A stretch of DNA of 64,000 nucleotides. Source: Trichoplax adhaerens. Its lineage: Eukaryota; Animalia; Placozoa. A program made the position numbers and the translations under genes. Position 1 is the first letter of the stretch. The number at the start of each line of letters is the position of its first letter. The notes under the pieces were generated by a model. It did not search any database. It was given only the letters and a program-made list of their open reading frames with translations, and was not told the DNA's origin. Where the stretch lies: NCBI RefSeq assembly GCF_000150275.1, contig NW_002060949.1:1299836-1363835 (forward strand), in the 5' to 3' direction. Shown here in pieces: positions 50,701-64,000 of this stretch.

Positions 50701-53700
50701 ACATATTTGCTATTACTTGCACTTCTTGTTGATACTAAAGATTTTAATAATTTGCGTAATTGTAATTCTGCTAATAATAAACATATCAAGCCTTATCCTT
50801 CTAAATATTACCTTGAAACGTATTTTGATATATTTTTATTACTATACTGATAAAAGTTCTTAAAATTGTTACCGAAGACTTTTAATCCGGTTCTGTGTGA
50901 AATAGATAGAGGATTAAAAGAGGTTCAATAGAATGATCTAATGATTAGTTATAAAGCGGAAATAAAGTCTCATATTCTATTATTCACGGAATATCTAGCC
51001 TAGTAGTATTGTCGTATATCGTATATGTAGATATGATGGTTAATAAATTCAAATCACTGTCTAACTAATAAGCAAACGAAGTCTTTATGTAATAAAAGAA
51101 AATAAACTGATTTCCTCTTCTAAGAAATATAACAAAAAATTATTCCTATACCACATTATATGATCCGAAAAGGATTTATCTTCAGTTACATCACGTGAGC
51201 GAGATCAAACAACAGGGTAAAATAAATATTATCTTGCTATTCTACTAGTTGGCCTTGCGTATTAGGAAATCAACATAAAAGTATAATGCAGTTTTATATA
51301 AGTAATATATGAGTTATTGTTATATAATTTCGATTGTTATTTTCTAATTAAATGTTAATAAAATATCCTGCATAATGCTGAATGTAAATGGGTTAGTCTT
51401 AATCTTTAACCTATACGTATGATCATATTTCATGTTATTTTGCTATCCTACAAAATATCTTACTCGAATATACTGTATTTATGCAAAGCAACAAAAAAAT
51501 TGGTCCACTCTTCGTAAATGAAATATTGTAATCTTGAAATTCATGTAATCGCAAATCGGAATACTTATCCTAGCCAGGAAGTAAGTACATGCTCCATAAG
51601 CCATTTAAATTTACGTAATTACAAACGGAGCCTAGGTCTAATCTTCTTTTTTAATCGAATGATTACATTCAGAAAATATGTTGTCTGTCTATATTGTATT
51701 TACTTTTAAAATTAGAACTAAAATTCGTCACTTTTATCAATATCTATAATAATTCTTAAAATTTCTACGCGCAAATTTGTTACCTTCTAAGGGACTCTTT
51801 TTAGATTAGAAGAAAATACATATAAGTACAACATACTACATTACCTTCCCGAGCTAATATAGTAACTATCAATGAATACAGTAAATACGGTTAGTAATCA
51901 AACCAAAAACTAAATTATTTAAAACTGAACAGTCTGGACGGCAAATTGTAATAAAATTGTCGGACTTTCGTTGACAGTACTTATAATGAAATTAAGCTAT
52001 TTAATCTATATGCAGTAATAGTATTTACAGTCAATTTATCAGTTTGTTACTACACGGTATCAATACATTTCTCTCAGTTATAGAAGGTATTCCCCTAGTA
52101 TCGATAAGTGAACGAATAAAAAAATTTAATTTACTCCGGATTAGGGCTGTTTGTGGAATTTTTCCACTTTCACATACAATAAGATATAATCCATAATATT
52201 AAATTAGAGATACCTTATGACAACCATTAAAGTTGATTTATCTGGTTAAATTTAAGAAATTTTTATTTGAAAATTTTGAAATTTTAATATATGGTGAAAG
52301 ATTATATTAAAACTGAAAACTAGGTCAATCAATGTAAATTACCTATCCTTTTCTGCGAAATTTGAGGTTACTTATTAAAAATTTTAATTAATTAGATGAA
52401 AATCTACTATAGCTTCCAACATTCGTAAAAATTGTCATATCGATCGAGTTTCTATAACTATCATATCTTAAATATTCAATCACGTTGTTACATACTATTC
52501 ATCGCTATCCCTATTTAGTATTTGTTTTCTACTCTAAACTGTAAATGAGTAAAAAATATTACACCATTTAACCATTCACGGGACTATTACGAAAAACCAA
52601 AAGTGATGGGTCATGCCATATTATATATACTGAACGGCTCTTTTTCTAAAACGAAAGTATTCTCAATCGCTATCCAACACGACTGCATTTGTAAATAACG
52701 AACTATTATTTCTAATATCCCGTTATGTCATGGGATGGCTGTTATTGTAAGAGCTATTTATTCGGGCTGAATAAGTACAGGAAACTTATTTAATATTGGA
52801 GATTCCTTTTACATCGAATAAGTTTAACTGTTAATTGATAAAATTTGATAATGTATCGTAGTTAATTAATAACAGGAACTTTTTAACTTATTATTTCTTT
52901 ATTACATCCGACGGTATGAAATATGTTTTAGTTTTTACAGTTATACAGTGTATCTGTAGTACACTTATAGGAGATAGATGGAGAATTTTTCTAGTATCTG
53001 AATAAAGAGGATAGAGAATCAACCTGGCTATTTAAATACTGGATAGTGTTATCCTTATTATTTATCTTCGCGTTAGTGGATAAGTACAGTATTATCTCAT
53101 TCACTAGCTTAATGTATTGCACCATAGAATATCATGATTATTTTACTTTAATGTAAAACTATTGAATTGCAGTCTTTTAATAGGAACTTAATGGATTTTT
53201 CTGAGCCGTTAATAATTCTATAACTAGGTAGAAATACGAATTTTAAAGTCGGCTACATTGAATATAGTACATAACTAAGATAATATGGGACGATTTTGAA
53301 CCAATAGTGTGCCTCTTCAGCTGACATTCTGGGCTAATTTTAAGTTACGGTACTCAGGTATTCATTTTAACTACTAAGATCGGGAACGAATTGAAGTGCT
53401 AATTTTGTTATTTTCATAACTAACTTAAAAGTTATTCATATGAGGAAATTACTTTATTTCATTTTAAAGATATTCTGCTATGCTACTAGAGTCTAATCAT
53501 TGATAAGATGAATACGTACTTTGAAAGAAATATCTATATTTTTTTACTCTATTTAATAATTTACCATTTATTAGACAATTTTTCTGTTGTGTTTTCAATC
53601 GAAACTATGTCACAATCTTATTACTTAACATTCACTGTTTCGAACTTATCCAGAATATGGCTATATATTCTAATATTAGGAGGTATTTCAACTATAGCAT

Positions 53701-56700
53701 CATTATACCTTCTAATATAGTATAAATGTTTAATAATATCATATTTCTTAGCTTAACATGATACTATATCATACGTTGAGAAATTATCGTAATCATTTAA
53801 ATACCTACATTTTGTATTTTAATTCTATTAAGTAATACCTAGTATTACAGCAATTATATAAATACCTTTAATATTAAAGTTGTAATGTACGATGGTATAT
53901 AGAAAAGAAATTTGATATTAACATGATAGTCCACTATAACAATTGATTAAAGCTGAAAATATGGTACAATTTTATGGCAACGCTTTAATAAGACTTAACA
54001 ATAAACCAAAAGCTTTTATTAGAAACGGAGAATAATAATGAAGTTATCAGAAAGCTAAATTATCGCACTGTATAAAAATAAATATAGGCGAAAGGAATTC
54101 ACTCTCAGCGCTAATTTTAGTAATTTTAGTAATTTTTAATCATGTTAACGTAGTGATATACCTGATGAACGCTAAATAAGAGTACAGATGGCTTAATGAT
54201 CTATACATAATGGAGACTGTGAGAATTAGATAAAAGTATTGGAGAAGGCAGTTTTAATATCTATTACGTACACAACATTTAATCCCCCTAGAAATCATCA
54301 TGATCGTTTGATAGTAAATTACGAAAGCTTTCTGCGCAAACTTTTTACAACATTAACATCTATATAGAATTATACCAAGTATAAACTTATAGCTTAATCA
54401 ATAGAGAGATGCTTCAAGGCTTTATACGTCTATTAATCATTCAGAATCGTTGAAAATCATGATCATTGATGGTTGACCTTGAATAAATAACGAATTTGTG
54501 GAGAGTTAAATATCAGGACAATATTATTTGATATCTACGATATATAAGACTATAGTTCATATGGATTATGAGATGAAAGAGGGATAAATATTTAAAGCAT
54601 TTATAAAACGTCTAAGATAATTAAGAATTAGGAGTTGACATTGTGCACCGGGTAAATAAAGATGGGAATTGCAAAATATCTGTGCGAGTTTTTAATGAGA
54701 ATAAAGATAGTAAATTTATCAAGAATCGAAACCTGTAATAATTTGTTTCGAGTTGGTATATGCTGCAGGTTACGAAGATAATTTAATATTTCGGTTAAAC
54801 AGTTGAAAGTTATCTGTTTGAATTTATACGCGATCACGGTAGCGAATCGAGGGCGAATCATTACTCATGATGTTATTTCCTCTCTATATTAAATCAATTA
54901 TAAAAATATCTTGATAACTCAGCAGCATGAATTTATTAAATTGTTAAGACAATAGAAATGCTTATATACCGTACAGTATTACAGTATCTGTGCTGATCTA
55001 TATACTATCTGCCAATTTAAATAATTCTTGATAATTTTATAAAGGGATCAAGATTTTATTATATACTTACGATTCTTGTAGTATAACAGCTTACGAAAAG
55101 TAATAAAATGATCTTTACCTAAACGTTCAATAACACCTTTTGGATCGATCCCACCGATAAATTATCACATTTAATTGACTAAGCGCTACTGTAGGTTTAA
55201 GCTACATCTACGGTTAGACTATATCTCGATAAACAAAAATATGAAACGATCATTTAAACGGCTTATGTATTATCTGCTGGGTACACTTAATTTTAAAAAA
55301 ATTTTAATGATTGACGACAATTAGTATAATATAATGATATTGGGTAGTTAATCTAGAATAGCCTCGGATTAGGGTCAATCCAATAAGTTATAGACTGTAA
55401 CTGGAGATTATATAGTCTATATAGTACATACAACTATAGAATCTGTATTTGCATACAACAAAAATTAAAACATTAAGATTGATATCCCAATAGAAGATAT
55501 TCAGTCGTTAAGTCGATTTAAAGATCTTGTTGTTACTATCCTGTATGGGTCCATAATAACTGATATTTGCTTGTCTTGTAGAGACGTCAAATAATAGACA
55601 TTTTCGTTGTAATACAATGACACTACTATTTTATAAATATAATATCTCTGAAATTAATAACGCTTTTAACGTAGAATTACTTTTAATCTTAAAGGAAAAA
55701 ATAGTAACACAAGCAATATTTATGGCAACATCAACTATTCTATTAGCCATGAATTCTAGCATGAAAGATTAGCATTCTTTGATAATTATTACTGAAATGA
55801 TTTCTGAATCTTTTTCTTGTCTATTAATTTATAATACAGTATTAGCATTACTTATCATTATAAATAACCAATTATTGTTATGTTATATAACTTACTAAGC
55901 CAGAATTTTCAATACTACAAGCATATATCATACCGTAGCCATAAAGTGGAATCTACTTGATACTTGCAGCGTCACAAAATCTTAAAATTAAGTAAAAAGC
56001 TTGTATTGTTTGTTCACACATGAATGCTTAAAGCAGAATACGTAGATGCCTTCTAGTATTTTCTCTATAAAACAAATTTGTTAAAAACCAAACGGCGTCT
56101 TTATATTACTCATTTAATATTAATTAGTCACAGAATAGATTAAATAATGGATGTATTATTTTGTGCTATAGAATGCAAAATGAAAGACTGCAATCTATCA
56201 GTTCCTAGTATTATTTATTTGAGTATTATTTATCAACAACTGTATAGGGTATAAAATATTTCATGGCTCGCTATCTACAGTAATTTGTAGGTGCTATATA
56301 GTTCAACAAAAGCATTATTGTACAATATTAACTAGAATGTAATTAAATAGGTATTCAATTATAACTGCTGTCATGCAGTTATACAATTGCTAAAAGAAAG
56401 AGTCATAACGTAATTCTTATGCTACTACTCGTTGAAATTGATAATCCGTGCTGTAGGATAAGTTAATTTACCCACCGTTCATTATAAGGGGATACCAAAA
56501 TTTTAGGATAAGCGACGTATGGCTTTAACTTGTAGCTAATTAATCTTAAGTAATTTTACGCTTAGCGAAAAGATAATATATTATTCACTTACTCAAAGTA
56601 TCGTATAGTAAGATGTGAAAATACGGCATTTATAACATCAGTGAAATTTATCAATTATCAATCTGGAAGTTGATTTTATATGAGTGATTCGTATTATTAT

Positions 56701-58955
56701 AACCTTATATTTGTCACAATACGAGTTCTATTTGATAAACAAAGGTATATAAATGGCCAAGAGTACAATCGATTTACTCATAGCGTTAGACTTTTTCTGC
56801 AAATATTAATCCATGTTATGATGGTGCTTGTTCAGTTTGACAATCATATACATGATATACAAAATATCAAATTTAATAACGCACTAGTTAACCAAATTTT
56901 AGCAATTATTATGTATCAGTGAAGTTAGATGAAAGATTTTCCTGCTCAGAATTAATTAATAAATAGATACATCTTACTTGACATTATATTATTCTATCGA
57001 AATTTTCATTCCTCTTATGACTAAAACTTATCTTGCTCGATCCAAGGAATTAACACTGACCGTAACATATATATCTTTAAAATAAATAAACTTTTACTCC
57101 TGAACGGGATACCAGAAGTATTTCATTGCATGCTATAAGAAGTGTGGAGTTTTAAGTTTGAATTTTCAACGATATTTTTGCGTAAAATAATATTTTATTT
57201 CTATAATCGCTAACGTTCTAAATCTATATTTTAAATTGATTACTTTCTGATAGAAATTACGTTTGAGACATGGCAACATGTTACGAAGGTTCAAGAATAC
57301 GGGTTAAATCATACGGTATAAATAAATTTATAACAATCAATTTTCTCACGGCCACGAGATATTGTACATCTGCACCTTTTCTATTCTCTGTTGGTAGTTG
57401 TTTACAATCATCGCGATCTGGTAATTCATATTGTAATTTAATAGAAACAATATATAATATAAGATATGTTGTATTGAATAGAAAAGTTGACTATTGCGAT
57501 GGTAATTTTATCCCCAAATTATACCCTTTAATTACTATTCAAGAAAGATATCCATCTATGACCATGTTTGAAAGGCATTTGAAATTGTAAACCTTTTGGA
57601 AAGATATTCCTTATTCTATGTCTTGTCTCCTAGATGACAGTATGCCATAGTCGATCATATGTGTTAGTAAGATAGAAATAAAGTAATGGAAGATATCAAC
57701 TTTTTGTATAGTTATGACCAACCATTGGCTTAATACAGTATTATTGAATCTAGATGTTTTTTTTAATTATTACTCGTAAAATATGCTTACAAAGACTTTT
57801 CTTACGTTCCCTTTCACAAGTGGTCTTTTATCTATTGCTCCATGATTCTACTGTTGTTATTTCCGCTTCGAAGATATCTTCAATATTTTAATTTCACCAT
57901 AGATATTATTTACAGTACAGCAGTAACTAGTTAAAAATCAGAAGCGCTTATACCAATATGCTGCTTCTATGAAGTAGGATTTTTAATCGCCAACTATGGC
58001 AGTTCCATAGGCAAGTATTGAGAGCAGAATTTTTATTTCATAGTCTCGTGGGAGATACAGTTATTGCATAAAGTAGCGTCAAAATTGATTGCGTATGAGC
58101 ATCGTCGCTATGGGTAACATTTTCATGATATAATTCCATTTGAATTTATTGATATTATTATATCTTTAGTTTTAAATTTCAACATACTTCCGGTTATCGC
58201 GTAATAATTCAGTTTGTATTCGTTGCAAAATAATACAAATTGGTAGATATTACTATGCAAGATATGATCATTTCCTTGATTAAGAGAATTCTAGCATGTT
58301 ATGGGAATACGCGTATGTTAGGATTTTACTGTATCGCTTGTAAATCCTATACATGTTATCTATTTCCTTGTTGGACATTTGTAACTATGTTCTGTTTAGC
58401 ATGAGGGATCGCTGTGAAGTCATTATAACTTTAAAATCGGCAGATTGCTATCCTAGGATATTAAAAAGCTATAGTATACGAACGGAGATCACTGGCTAAA
58501 GCTTAGTCTGCGCTGTTGAATTAACTACATTTACAGTAATTTAGTCATGGCTAAAAAAATACGCGTCGATATTATCCTTAAGATTAGCTTTAAAAATGGA
58601 TATCAGCGGTGATTACAGATATAGGTATAACATGAGTAATAGCTAGCTGATATAGTATAAAGGAAAAAATATCTAGGACACAAGAATACGAGAACAATTA
58701 TTTTAATTAATTAAGGTGTTGCATTATTGTATAACGTATAACATATACAGTAATTGAATATTATACGATATGTATGCTTGGGTGTTCCATTGGGATGCCA
58801 TATTGGAGAATGGCAAAGGGCTATAAGTACTTTTTTCTGGTACTTAAAAAAATCGTTCGATTCATATTTTAATTGATATACGAATGGAGTAGTATTTCAC
58901 TCATTCTTTGTAGTCCGTATTATTTTTCACAGATGGTACTATTTCATCCTGTTGT

Positions 58956-59203
58956 GATGGCAAATACTTGTAAATGATTTGATTATTAATAATATGACAG
59001 GATGACGTCGAAGAATTTTCTTCAGGTTATGAATCTACTGTTCTTGGCTTTCTTTTCTTATTTCATGAGCTTTTTTTACTTGGGATATTTGATGGCAAAC
59101 ACTCGTAAATGATTATTAATACGATAGGATGATGTTAAGAATCCACACTATTCTTGGCTTTCTTTTCTTTTTTTTCATAAATTTTTTTATACTTGGGATG
59201 TTT
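58956..59203 (+). repeat. Diverged tandem duplication (58956-59090 / 59091-59203)
   Basis: Both copies start gatggcaaa.act.gtaaatgatt, contain ttcttggctttcttttctt and end tacttgggat.ttt. Confidence 0.85.
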
Positions 59204-59329
59204 ACATCCATGGAGTGTAATATTATATAACATGCGATACAATTATAAACTTCACATTTCAACTTACTACATCGAAAGATGATAAGCCAACCAATAGATT
59301 CAACATTTATTCATCTTATACTACGTATC

Positions 59330-60172
59330 AAATAGTTGTATCGTTTCTCTTTCTGTAATTTACACCGATATGGCATTGATTTCTTTACCCATGAATTACC
59401 TATTTTCTCGCCATGAATTTAAGATCGCAATAACATAAATTGCGCTGGTTATTGAGCAAATAGGTAGATATACAGTTCGTCTATATTACAGTATAATGGA
59501 GGGCCTTATGGCCATTTTAGCATATACTAAATCTGGATCAGTTTGTAGCAGAGTTGAATGATATGTTAATTAGTTACCTATACTGGTATTTTACTTCTTG
59601 TTAATGTAACTTAATTGCCTAGCAGACTCCATTTTGTAGTCTAAAGTAGACACCCATGTTTATGTATAACGGGCTTACAAGGATACCGTACTTCTAACTA
59701 TGAATTGTGTAAAACGAAGGACCACTAGGCGCAAAACCTTGAGGAATCCTTTCTACAGACTCAACATTTGTTTTTCCTATACAACCAAATGGCTACATCG
59801 TTGCTCTTTCTATAGTTTACGCCCGATGTGGCACTGATTTCTTGACCATCAATTACCGATTTTCTCACGCTGCATAGGGCATTTCAAGTTACAAGCCCAA
59901 CATAAATTGTGTTAAATATTTCGCGATTACCTAGTGATACAGTCTGTCTACATTATATTAGAGGCGCTTGCGATTATTTTAGAACGTGGTAGATCGATAT
60001 CGGTTAATGTAACTTGATAGGTTGTAAAGACTACATAGACAGTAACTCGATAGCTATAGTCTACAATGGTTTCCCTTGCTTATATCTAATCGGTTAAAAG
60101 TATCCTTCTAAATGTAAATCGTATAAAAGTATGGACTACTAGAAGGTAACCTTGAAGTATCCTTCTAACAGT
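59330..60172 (+). repeat. Old diverged tandem duplication (~59330-59760 / ~59787-60172)
   Basis: Collinear shared blocks: ccgat.tggca.tgatttctt, aattacc.attttctc, aacataaattg, ttaatgtaactt, ggac.actag, aaccttga.g.atcctt. Confidence 0.7.
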
Positions 60173-61440
60173 CCGTAGTAAAACTGCCAATCCTCAGTTG
60201 AACGATGACAATGTAAAGCAATTTTCCAGAAAGTTAAAAAATATGAATCAGTTATAGCAAGGTAATATTGCTTTAGTACTTTGGATATAACTATTACCGA
60301 TGGACACCCAAGTTTACTTCTTAATGTATTCTACCCTGGCAATAATTCCATTTTTGTGGCATTTTCTTTTTCTACCTTTTCTCTCACTTACCCATGAGAG
60401 AAGATCGTAAACTACAGTATTGTAATATGGAAACCCTAGACTATAATTGCAAAGTCTATTGTTGGCTAAGGCGATGGCAGTTGAAAATAATATACCATCA
60501 TTATCATGTAATAACATATGATGATGATGGCCATAATATCCAATTATAAAACCGATTCGAACTGATTGTTGTTCTAAACAGATCTGCATGTTTTGATCAC
60601 TGGGTCATTGTTGGAGTATTTTTTTATTTTATTTTTTCATCCTTTGCCGACGCTATACGATCCAGTTGTCGGTCGATGAGAAAATTTTGCCGCCTATGCC
60701 ATGAAATGGAGTTGGATATCGATTTTAAAATGGTCCATTGGGATCGTGGAACCAATTTTCTTTTCATGTCGGATATTGATAGACGCTATGCCATGTCCAG
60801 TAGTTGGACCCCCCCTTGCACAGTTTCAACAACAGACTGAGAAGTGTTGTTAGAATGATGTAGTGATGATAAACGATGGATCGCTTGTTTCTAAGCAATA
60901 AGAATATTCTTCAGTAATTGTAACTATAATCGACAGCATTGTCTACTCGACTGAGATGCTTTGTAGAGGAGTGATGGAGAAAGTTAATGCACGCTTGCTT
61001 TTCCTTTTACTCTATACTGCTATCGGTCAACAATAGTAAATAGAATCTCTTGCCACAATCAACATTGCTACTGTCTATTCAATAATTGTCCTAGTGGATT
61101 GCAATATGCCGACTACTATTATAGTCTTTTCTCCATTAGTCCTGGTGTCTGGTCTGGTCTTTTAATGAGGAGACTATACCTATCAAGTGGGACAAGCATA
61201 TAGCAATACCGAGAAGGTGATAGCCAAGCATTTAGTAAAACTACGGGGGATAGGACTATAGCAGATTGATCATAATTAATTAATTAATCAATCCAAATAG
61301 ATTCTTTCTACAAGGCTTGATACTCTTAGAATTGAGTAGAAATCATTTTGAACGTTTTGGAACAATTTTATATCCCAAGTTGTTGATAGTGATGGATGGA
61401 AAGAAAGCATTAATGCGTTTTACATTTCTTGCTGATGCAG

Positions 61441-61800
61441 ATGAAGGATTTCGACCTCGATGCTCATCGGAGCCAGTGCCAAAAACTTACTCGACTCCGT
61501 TGTCAGCGTCGTTAAATTCCAATTATTCACATCAAAATAGCACCGAATGTAATTCAAGTTCAACAGATAGTGAGCACGTTTTTGATATTTCAAGTAGCCA
61601 CGAGAATAGCAACAGTCAACGTGTTAACGGTTTGGATTTATCGAGCACTGGCCGAACCGTGTACGCGGTTGCATCGCCATCGGTGGTACGCCGATCCAAT
61701 CGTTTTATCACCGACGCTTTTACTAATTTTAGCAAATGGATTAAACCATGGAAATGGAAAGCCAGGAAAACCAGTCAATTTCTACAAGAGAAATCCATTC
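61441..61800 (+). CDS. PHACTR: Phosphatase and actin regulator (PHACTR family), N-terminal exon; the gene continues beyond the window
   Basis: FSKWIKPWKWKARKTSQF matches the PHACTR N-terminal KIFKPWKWRKKK motif just before the first RPEL repeat. Acceptor cttgctgatgcag ends at 61440 and donor gtaagt starts at 61801 (360 nt, phase 1-1). An alternative in-frame ATG lies at 61392. Confidence 0.8.
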
Positions 61801-63300
61801 GTAAGTTATTTTAATCCTAGTCGGTTGGATGACGATTTCATTCTTGAGCAAATTGGATTATTTTATTTTCATTTCCAATCTTTTTTTGCAACCTTTCCAA
61901 TTATCTCTGAAAATGTTGACATAAAAAATGTTGTTGATCAAATTGAAACGGTCCTTTCTTGATTGAACTTCAGATTCTACCGTGTGGTATATCATATCAT
62001 TTTTACTCTACTAGTTCAAATGAGTTAGTTGTTGACGATGATTCTATCCAATGATGGATTTTCCTTGAAGTCCATGAATTTGGGATACCTTAGTCAACTG
62101 TAACTACGATAGATTGCTATTTTTTTTCCCCTTTCAAATAAAATGGTCATCCCTTCATTCCTTCATATCATTCGATATTGATCTACTGTGTCGACATAAT
62201 CGACATGGAAATTATTATCAATACTTTTTGTTGATTCTTTCTTCAAATAACTAAGTTATCAAAAGGGTTTTGTTGTCTTTGGCCATTTTTCCTCTTTTTC
62301 TTTTTTTATTTTATTTTTGATACCATAGATTATTATTTGATATCATTTGAACTCATTTTTCACTGTTAACTCGTGGCACATGTAATAGAAGTGATTAGGC
62401 CCTACCAAAATTAGCGTCTACGTTCGGAGTATCCTTACATTAGGCAAGTTATGACGTGGCATTTAAAAAAGCTCCAAGTTTATTTGTCAAGGAGGCAGTA
62501 ATCGACAGCAATTATGACATGGATAATTCCAACTAATAATGCTCTCATTTACTGTAACAAAGTCAATCGATTCTTCATTTTTACTTTTTATTGGCATCAA
62601 TTTTTTCCTATTTTCAAAGACGAAGATGATTGAACGTTGAGTCTAGAGTAATTTCCTTCAATCCTAAGTGATTGATTCTACTTGGCTTGCTATTAATTAA
62701 TTAAGAGACAACCTTTGTAAGCTACATGGTGGATACTCTCCTTGAACTTACCATGACGAATGGTAGATCATGATGGAAAATCGATCCATTTTATTCCTAC
62801 TGAACAGTAAATACCTACTGCAGAATACAACGTAATGATGATGATGATGTAATTTATGATCAAAACATGAACAATTTAGCGTAAATGAGTCTATTGTGGA
62901 AGTCGATGAAGCTGAAAAAGAGTTGAAAAAAAAAATAAAAAATTGTTACAGTTTATTCTTGTTAGATTGAAAATGGAATAATCAATTAATGAGCTACTAT
63001 GGATTGCGATTAGCTTGGAGCAACTTTTCTTTCTTGCCAAGTTGTAATTGTGCTCTGACTGTATCCGTATAATATCGATTTATCATCGTACTTTTGTTTT
63101 GTAAGGTTAGTTGTTCATTATATGTTTTATTAATGTATCCAAGCTTATCATAATGATGTACTGTTGTACATGCCATTGAATAGTTTATTTGCGATAGCCA
63201 TTTTCAAGATATTTTCTCCAATCTTACTGTTGACAAACATTTGATCAAGCTCAGTTTCAACGATGGCGGTAGAGAAATATTAACTTAGGCTGAGTTTTTG

Positions 63301-63556
63301 TTTCTATTGACGACGATATCTTTGGCGGTAATGATCGAAGTATCGGAAATGGACTCCCAGTTTATTTTCCTTTCTATTGACGACGATATCTTTGGCTGTA
63401 ATGATCAAAGTATCGGAATTGGACTCCCATTTTATATTCGAATTTATTGACGACGATATCTTTGGCTGTCATGATCAAAGTATCGGAAATGGACTCCCAG
63501 TTTATATTCGTTTTTATTGACGACGATATCTTTGGCTCGAACGATCAAACTATCGG
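63301..63556 (+). repeat. Minisatellite, ~3.7 x 70 bp
   Basis: Unit tattgacgacgatatctttggc.gtaatgatc.aagtatcggaa.tggactccca.tttat, period 70 (63301, 63371, 63441, 63511). Confidence 0.95.
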
Positions 63557-64000
63557 CCGTATTAATGTTGGCGTATGATATTTTCTACTTTACCTCTGTC
63601 CTCCTTTTGATTATTATTTTGTTATTGAAAACTCGTATCTGGCTTCAGTATACGCTTCTTATGTTGGATAGTGATATTATATTTTTGTCAATTTTTTACA
63701 GCAGAAAGCATGGCGTTTTATTGCCATGGTAATGTTAATGAATGTTACTGTGGGCTGGTGTAGGATACATAAACATGCCGTGTTTTCAAAGGAGTAGAAA
63801 TAAATACAAGCTGGGACAGACTGCATAACATGGAGTCTATTTCAGTTGGGTAGAAATGGATAGATCCAGTGGCTAACATGTACACAGTAGATTATTCAGT
63901 CGGCTCGATATGGACACTTGGACAGTTGTAATCGTTGTGATCAAGTTTACTGGTTACCATTTCATTTAGTCAAACGAAAGACGTATGGATCAAATGAAAT

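Noticed and set aside
42339-60589. 60-106 aa ORFs in the desert
   Set aside because: They show AT-driven composition (I/L/Y/F/N-rich), no recognisable domains and no consistent exon chain.

Overview
AT-rich, intron-containing animal genomic DNA with short introns and two 50-N gaps. The compact layout and ancestral exon structures suggest an early-branching metazoan, most likely a placozoan (Trichoplax-like); this is inference. I spliced seven protein-coding genes by hand, checking intron boundaries and reading phase: the 3' end of Myc (+), PSMB2 (-, 7 exons), ARFGAP1 (+, 4 exons), ARMC1 (-, 9 exons, one GC-AG intron), an MTFR1/2-family gene (+, 9 exons), PDE7 (-, 14 exons) and one N-terminal exon of a PHACTR gene (+). 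The ARMC1<-/->MTFR->/<-PDE7 block matches the human 8q13 order and orientation, and ARMC1 and MTFR proteins are binding partners. The main unexplained signal is a set of dense palindromic CAGTA/TACTG islands at the 5' ends of the complete genes. An identical 24-bp palindrome and local tandem duplications occur in both bidirectional promoters. Two orphan islands (downstream of Myc with a double E2F site, and in PDE7 intron 2) predict unannotated promoters or enhancers. Most short ORFs in the supplied track are spurious or are exon fragments.
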